In this document: piece by piece, positions 36,601 through 43,952 of the stretch
Layout of the letters: each line of letters opens with the position of its first letter
Position numbering within the stretch: the stretch's first letter is position 1
NCBI GenBank assembly: GCA_003614675.1
Contig: ML002311.1
Coordinates: 1-43,952 of the forward strand
DNA length: 43,952 bases
Direction of reading: 5' to 3'
Origin: Dimargaris cristalligena
Taxonomy: Eukaryota
The notes under the pieces: model-generated
Told to the model about the DNA's origin: nothing
Seen by the model: only the letters and a program-made list of their open reading frames with translations
Database searches by the model: none
Position numbers and translations under genes: made by a program

Positions 36601-39600
36601 TTGGAGTGACCAGAGGGGGCGGACGGGGATAATAATACGAAGGACGGTGTTGTCAAAATAAAATAGAGAGTGTGTAAAAGAAATAAAAGTACAATGTCCC
36701 TTCGCTTGCACCTGTCAATATACTGTCCATTTCCAATTACTGGAGGTATCACCTGCCGACATTAAGACCTACTGCTGACATGGGTTCGACGATCGCATCA
36801 AGTGAGCATAGTGGCTGACATTCCAAGGCTAAACTTGGCATAGGATCGTCTAAAAAGGGTGATGATAAAATTGAAGTACAGTGACGATTCCATCCACAGG
36901 ACTGTCAGTGTTAGTGGGGACCTGGTGCTAGTCCATATTAGCTATTTATCACATTGCATGGGAAGATACAACTATTCCTTTTCCAAACATTCTGCCAGTG
37001 TGGTGGGGGGTTTTTTTTTTAAACAGCCTAAGGTGTGCCATTTTGAAAGCTCGTGAGATGAATTGCGAACCATTCGGTTAGGTTGCTGAGTCCATAATTT
37101 GCGCACAGTCTCCGTAGTTGGCGTAAGGACTATGGAGGTGTACTGTCGGGACTAATATCCGAAGTGGCCAGCCGGACTACTTACTCCGCCGAATTGGCAC
37201 CAGACTTCACCATTCTACTTGGCCGATGAGAAAGTGGGAGAATCTAAGGGCGGGTATGGAATGTCAGCCTTATTTTGATGCCTGAGGCAACTGCCTAGTA
37301 GATATTCCAACCTATACAGCGAATTCTGGGCAACTGTCAAAATTCAATGAAGGCAGTGCTAACGAAAATCCATTAACCGGTTTGGCTTGACTGGCCTGTG
37401 CTAATTATGGAGTATTATAAACCGCATTAAATTGACGATATTCTGCCTATTAATGCCAACCCACTGTACTTAATAGTCGAGCTTCAGACAATCTCCGGCA
37501 CTTTTATTGTTTCCTTTTCTGGGCCAAACTCCCCTTAGCCGACTACCCAGCTGATTTTCCCTGTGAGGGAGTCGAACTTCAAGGACTAAATCGAGAGAAG
37601 AGTTGTATTAATAAAGTTCACAGTCGTATTAAGCCGATTGAACCGAGTCACCAAAGCGATAAATGAATCACCCGCACCCTCATACATACTGGCGGTGGTT
37701 TATGGCCAGCCAACTCCACCTATTGGTCTCCCCCCCTTCACTCTCCCGACCCGTTAGAGAGGCCTTAACCGTGACAGGCGGGACACTCGGTTGATGCTTG
37801 GATGAGGGGGCCGATAAGCGTTGGAAAGGAGCCATTATGCTTACTAACAATTCGAACTGTGGATAAGATGTCTGCTTAAAGCGCAGCGCGTTCAATCAGC
37901 TCTATATGCCACCTTACTATCTATGGCCAATAGTCAGCCAATGTAAGAAATAAAAGGAAGATTGACTGATTATAGGCTAAGCGGCGGGGAAACTCCAGTT
38001 TCAGCAAAGCGAACAGCTAGCCGTCAAAGTTAATCGCCGCTTCTAAGGTAGGCACCCCCAACCCCATTAAGTTTTTTATGTATCCTAAATATTACTGTCC
38101 AGTGTATCATTTAAGTAAACGGGAGGGGGTATCTCATATTGAGCAGTCGTGGGTATCGGTCACCCCATTTACATACTATAATGGCTCGTTGGCATCTTCC
38201 CGACTGGATCTCTCGGGGCGGAGTTTGCAAACATGCCGTGTCAGCTATAAGAAGCTAACTATGTAACATAGGTGGGGCCATATGCACATACCTAGAATAC
38301 GTAATCGCTGATTGACCGAGCAAGGCCAGTTATCAAGAGAGATCGCATAAAATAAAGCACCAATGATTGGGCAAGAGTGGGTGGGGCTATTTTTACTGTG
38401 ATGGAGTTATTGGTGACGCGTTTTTGGAGCACCGCGTTGCTCCCATTGTTTAGTTGGGATTGGCAAAGAACATCCACGCTTATGCGGTTCGTCCATTTAA
38501 CACTCAATGATGCGCGTGGAAGCCATCCTCATAATGGAAAATGTAGTATGGTATGCAAAATTAGTGAAGTATACAGATTCTACCTACGAAAATATCGAGT
38601 GACTAGGCTCATTACAAAATGTGGATTTCGGATTTTGTGAATACCTTTAATTTAGCTATTATACGGTTTATTCGATATTATTTTCAACTATCTTCGTACC
38701 TATGGTCCAGCCAGGTACAATGCGAACGTAATTTAGTGCAGCTACGTAATACTTAGAAAGTAATCCACATTTAAATAGATAGTTATTACATTAATGCCTA
38801 GTAAAATCTAGTTAAATAGACGCTTTTATTATCAAACACTTAACCCTAGCGTCCCTCATACACACTCATTGGCTTTAAATTTATTAATTAAAGCATTGAT
38901 TTATTGATATCGTGGCTATGGTACTTCACATCTTGCACCTCTAAAGGGCCATAGCTTAGCTGGCGACTCGCCGACGACTCGTTTGCGTGTCCGGATAATA
39001 TATCTCCAAGGCTGTATATTAGGGCTGCACTATTCCATTTAACCCACCAGGATGTACATATCCGCGATTGTTCCTTATGGCAAAAACCATTGGCTAATCT
39101 CTCTCCCTTTCCCTCGCCTTTGAATTTCCGATTGACTTTTTTTTTTAATACAATAATTCGCTTCTTATCACTTAGCCTCCGTGGATTTACCAAATGCAAC
39201 GCACCATTGTTTTATCGGCGCAACGCTTGCTCTACCGCCCTGGTTGCCCCTTGTGGGTCGAACCATTTCCTTCCTTGGTGGCACGGGACTGGAGGGTTTA
39301 ACCTCCCAACCCCAGCGGCTTCGCTGGTCACCACGGCACGCAGCCCAATGCTGACTGCCGTAAAAACAAGGATGGTGCAGCAACTATTAACTGGATACCT
39401 AAACCGCCTGATAGAGAAAAATAGTAGAATACGAATGTGGTGTTTTAGCCAACCAACACCAGTGTGGATAGGGTTACCAGGCACTCCCTACATTCACAGC
39501 TGTACCCTCCTTTTATTTTATGTAATAGTATATATGTACTGGCTAAATAGCGATAATCCCGACATTCGGGACTTTAATACTTGCCTGTACCCTATTCACG

Positions 39601-40604
39601 ATTGATTTGGGTACAGCCAGAATATAGGCAACCATTCACAGCTACCCATTCAGCGAGCAAAGGGGAGATCACGGTCCGGAATACCCTGTCTATTCGGCCA
39701 TTTGTATTCTGTTTATAATACTATGCAGTTATAATGGTGTTCATCAATATGCCTGTATTCTACGCACGGAATCTTTGGCCATGGCTTGGTAGTAATGAAA
39801 AACGCTAACCCAATAGATGCGTCGAATGACCGAGTCGATCGCAACCTACCTCGGCCAATTCCCTTAGACTAATATCCGGGATTCGCCATATACATGGGTG
39901 AAGATTACCGTGACTATTTTCACGGCATATCTGGCTTTACATAATAAAATGTCGCTGAATTAGTTAACTGAGTGGGCTAATTAAAATGGCCAGATCTCAA
40001 TTATCGGGCAGATGGAAGATCGATTGGCTTATCGATCATCAATTTTTCGATGGAAACCAAGGGGCCGGGGCAATCAACGCCGATCGGGGAGGTTTGTAGA
40101 GCAGTAGGAGTTGTCCGTCCCAAACTCACCGTGCAATCATATTGGTCAATAAATATAAACGACACTGTTAATCTCATTGATTAGTTGGTCAATCGGAGCA
40201 CTGCTGCCAGGTGACAAATATAGATACACTATAGTAAAATGAAATGCACCCTAATATTTGGGTGGGCGAATACATGCAACGAGGGCCATCTAGTTACAGG
40301 GCAATTCAAGTCCCGTGAAAACAGCCAACGCATGCAACCCTTGAGAATCGAGGGAGGCCTATAATTTACAGTATAGGTTGGTTTATGGCGGATATGGGTG
40401 GTACAGCTATCATGCCTCATTGACTGTTTAAACTCACCCGAATACCCTCTGCTAGATCCGCATCATCATCCACTTCCAATACATCCCCGCCTTGCCTTTC
40501 GATTCCATCATTGCTTCATTGCCGACCTTTATCTCCTATTTAGAGCCTGAATTAGTATTTTACTTTTCCCGTATTACCACGTAGATAAGCCCAAAGCATA
40601 TCCA

Positions 40605-40913
40605 ATGAAGGTCACCGCTACTTTACCCAACCTGGCAACCCTGGCCGCCGTAACCGCCATCGCCGTCGCTATGACTCCCGGAGTTTTCTCCGCCCCCCTG
40701 ATCCGTGACGATACGGTAACCCGCCAATCCGACTATGCTAATATTAGATCGCCTTCCCAGTTAATTTCCGAAAAGAGTTTGACCGAAACGACGGAAGATA
40801 TCGATCTATTTGAAGCGGCCAGACAAAAGTTGAAGAATATGAGGATTACTCTCTCACCTTCAGCATTTAGGAATAGTGGATTTGATGATTCTATTTTTGT
40901 CTACATATTTTAA
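40605..40913 (+). CDS. Candidate small secreted protein, 102 aa
   Basis: MKV start, hydrophobic core LATLAAVTAIAVAM and a likely cleavage site VFS|APL. The 5' half has coding-like C-ending codons, and there is a pyrimidine-rich leader upstream. Confidence 0.55.
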   Translation: MKVTATLPNLATLAAVTAIAVAMTPGVFSAPLIRDDTVTRQSDYANIRSPSQLISEKSLTETTEDIDLFEAARQKLKNMRITLSPSAFRNSGFDDSIFVYIF

Positions 40914-41454
40914 ATCTATAATAACCGATATTGATTATAAAGGAAAGGGATGTATCTACTATATGGTGGTCGTATGGTCTGCTGTGCCCACTACTCATAC
41001 GCGCCTGTGTAATCCGGTAAATTCAATTGCCATGTATAGACTGACGGATTGCGCAACGTAGTTCAGATAATATCTATATTTATAAAAGGTAATTGGCAAA
41101 GAAAAATTCTCAGAGCATAACGGCGGGGGAAGGTTATAGTCGGGTGCAGAAGGTATAAACAGGTCCTATTTAATTGTATTTAAATAGCACAAAATGTCGA
41201 TTGTTAAAAATGGCTAACACATGTGTTGGGGAGGTTGAGGGAAAACCGGCGCGTGGATTGTAAATTGTGGTACACCGATCCCCAATTGTTTAGCCAGCCG
41301 CAATATAGACGAGATTCCATTACGATGATCGCTTATTTACTAACCGCCTGTTTCTAACTCCCAAATCAATGGCTTAGGGGTATAGCCGTAAAGTGAGTCG
41401 TGGGTATTCTAGACCGGACCCTTTGTCATTTAGTTTCCGTAAAAAACCACGACA

Positions 41455-43825
41455 TGTTAAAGCAACCATGCTCTCACATAGCATAGTCAGCACCATCACC
41501 AACAGGCCCCTTGCTTCAACTGTTATCTGAATAAGTCATTTTTTGCCATTGCACCTTTCCCATCGCAGCACCTATTGCTATTATAAAAAAATTATCTCAC
41601 TCCCCTTATGGACCCCTGAAGGTCTTCTCCCATATACCTTCACCATTAGTCTGAAAACTCTTCCAGATACTATCAGGGTCTTTTGGATACCTTCCAGGGC
41701 AATTATTGCCATTTTGGACAATCCCCTGATAGTATCCCCATGTATACATCCTTACACAGGCTACAATCAGATATTTATTTTGTCAAATTTATCTAGTTTA
41801 TCTCAATTTATTCTTTATGCACTTATTCCCAGGCAGTACCCCACCCTTAGATGCACTTATAACATTGTCACCCCTATTCTCTATCGATGAGTCCCTGTAG
41901 AGACTATCACCAATACTGGGATATTAGGAGGCCCGCCTGTGTGGCTTCTGGTATTGTATTGAAATGACCAACCACCATGTTGATTGGAGTAGTGGGTAGT
42001 TGAGGTTAAGGACAGGCTACTAAAAACTCCAAAGAGGTTCTAGGGTATAGACACTATGCAGGTGTGGCCAAATAAATGCAAGTCTACCAGCTAGTATAAG
42101 TATATGATGCCAAGGGTATACCTTAATGGAAATTTTGGGCCAACTGGGGAGTTTGTAGGCCCACATAGTATATAGTTGTGGGCACAATTCCTAGAGTGTG
42201 TGGATGGTGGGTGGTATTCACAATGTATATATACCAATGTGCAAAAATGCAGTACTGGGGACAACCTATCACGTAGTTGCTTAGGAGAGCTTTGCAAGTA
42301 GATTCATAGACATGTAAAATATAATCAGAAAATAAGTATGGGTAGGTGAGGCCACAGGGAAACATGGGGCTTGTTACAATAAGAGGGTCAATTTTTGTGT
42401 GTATTCTTTGGCCTTGACTGTGTCAAAACATTGTTTCAGTCCCCATAGCCATATATTAAATATCAACTAAGTGTCCCTTCAATTTGTGGTTGTAAATATT
42501 CACAATATTAAAGAAAATGCTGTTTTGAGAAGGAAGTTGGGGGAGGAGAGTTAGAATATAAATAGGAATGCTAGTATTAACTACATTCACTAAGAAATTT
42601 AGCTGTGGCACACTCCCCCATTTGCCAATATTATGTGTCAAGGAGCATCACTATTATATTAGTCAAATTAGTTGATCACATACCAACACTAGTACACCTT
42701 AACACTTTAAAGAACATTGTCCTGCACTAGGACAGCAGACTACCTGGCTGTAATGTATTAGTCATGCTCTGAACCATGCATGCAAATGCAAACTAACAAT
42801 AGACCATGGTAATAAGGCATTAGGTTCAGCAGCAAGGTACTGTTGACTCCTCAATTAAGAGAATAGTCAATTATCAACAATCCTGAATGGCACAGATGGT
42901 TGATAACTGCACTATGGCCTTGTCTATTGGCATCAATGTGACTGTTGGGTAGATGGATAGGTGGTTAAAGTCCGGCCTGCTCAGTTTATGCAACCTTTCC
43001 TTTGTGCCAGTACCATGTTGTGCAATGGGACTTGCATAGCAACTAGTCTCCATTCTATGAAAAAAATCCATATAATCTAAAGTATGTTGTCTTAGTATTA
43101 GCCCTCCTAATCTGACTTAATCTGAACCTAATGATCACTATCCTTACCTAGGCCTTATAGTACCATATTACCCCCCATAGTCACCCCCAGTACTATGGGG
43201 TCATCATTTATTATATAACCCCACTCATTCTGACCCCAATGCTTTGCACCCCAAATACTCAACTTACCAATCCAAGACTCTTCCAGTTCCCATAATAGTC
43301 TTCCCAATGTAAAGCCATCTAGTTGAATTCTTTATCTACCTATACCTTAGTCTTAGTAGTATTTCCCTTGGGACCTCCCTCTGGAGCTGTCTCCGTGTAT
43401 ATATAACCAGGCCCCATTATAGACTGGTTCAATTCCTTAGCTTATTCATATCCCCTAGTTTACCTCAATAAACTCTATATACACCTACCCCCCCTTTGTA
43501 CTAACTAGTAAGTGTGCCTGCTGCACATCCCTTGTATATACCTGCACTTATCCTTTATTGGTTAGTACCCCACCCCCCATCCTAACACTAGTAGCCCACT
43601 TAGCTGAGCCTAAGCCCCACCTACTATTAGAAGCCTATCCCCGGGACTCTTGATGGACTAAGAGTGGTTAACTTGGGCAATACTTAGGCCCATTTTTTCT
43701 AAATACTACCATGGCATAGTTTTTAATACCATGTTTATGGTAGAGCCAACTTTCTGCTATCATAATTGTATCCCATGTAATTATTTATATATATATTATT
43801 ATTTTTTAAAAAAAATCCCCCCAAT
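41455..43825. pseudogene. CpG-depleted degenerate repeat or gene relic (possible mutated transposon or gene duplicate)
   Basis: Only about 7 CpG dinucleotides in ~2.4 kb by hand count, with abrupt return to normal CpG content on both sides. Minus-strand frames are coding-like but broken by TAA/TAG/TGA. No recognisable transposase motif. Confidence 0.55.
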
Positions 43826-43950
43826 TACGCATCCGTTTATTCCATAGAACCTGAACGCCTATTCTATATTTATTTTCTGCATACTTCGTGTCGCCCGAGT
43901 TAACCACTCTTAGTCCGTCAAGAGTCTCGGGGGTAGGCTTCTAACAGTAG
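43621..43950. repeat. Inverted repeat: 43621-43680 vs 43891-43950 (54/60 identical); the right arm runs off the window
   Basis: Reverse complement of 43621-43680 is ttgcccaagttaaccactcttagtccatcaagagtcccggggataggcttctaatagtag. 43891-43950 is tcgcccgagttaaccactcttagtccgtcaagagtctcgggggtaggcttctaacagtag. Confidence 0.92.
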
Positions 43951-43952
43951 GC

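Noticed and set aside
37449-37835. Possible two-exon minus-strand gene (MAPFQRLSAPSSKHQ... with a GTATGT donor)
   Set aside because: The product would be short and motif-free; splice signals alone are not enough support.
39090-39605. 171-aa ORF with a non-ATG start
   Set aside because: No recognisable domain, no codon bias, and no consistent splice model; other frames are equally uninformative.
41455-43825. Assignment of the CpG-depleted block to a specific TE class (LTR, Tc1/mariner, Helitron)
   Set aside because: I could not find LTR pairs, TIRs bracketing the block, target-site duplications, or RT/DDE motifs by eye.

Overview
Intron-rich eukaryotic DNA with GT-AG introns, CTAAC-like branch points and many (AT)n/(CT)n/(CA)n microsatellites. 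The gene content looks fungal; an early-diverging lineage is my guess and is not proven. The ORF track is mostly noise because the real genes are spliced. Manual splicing gave these models: a SIN-pathway Cdc14-like gene (-, 7 exons), a membrane-anchored RlpA/expansin-like double-psi beta-barrel protein (+), a zeta-class GST/maleylacetoacetate isomerase (+, 7 exons), a GILT-like thiol reductase (+, 5 exons), a 73-aa ubiquitin-fold micro-gene with no C-terminal Gly-Gly that is absent from the ORF track (+, 3 exons), HID1/Ecm30 (-, 5 exons), and divergently transcribed NAM9 (mito uS4m, -) and ATP5/OSCP (+). After these come a ~9.4 kb gene-poor stretch, an orphan low-complexity gene, a small secreted-protein candidate, and a ~2.4 kb almost CpG-free degenerate block. 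The right end of that block has a CpG-intact inverted copy that runs off the window edge. Family assignments come from remembered motifs, not database searches. I see no prokaryotic-type defence system, CRISPR array, tRNA or rRNA.
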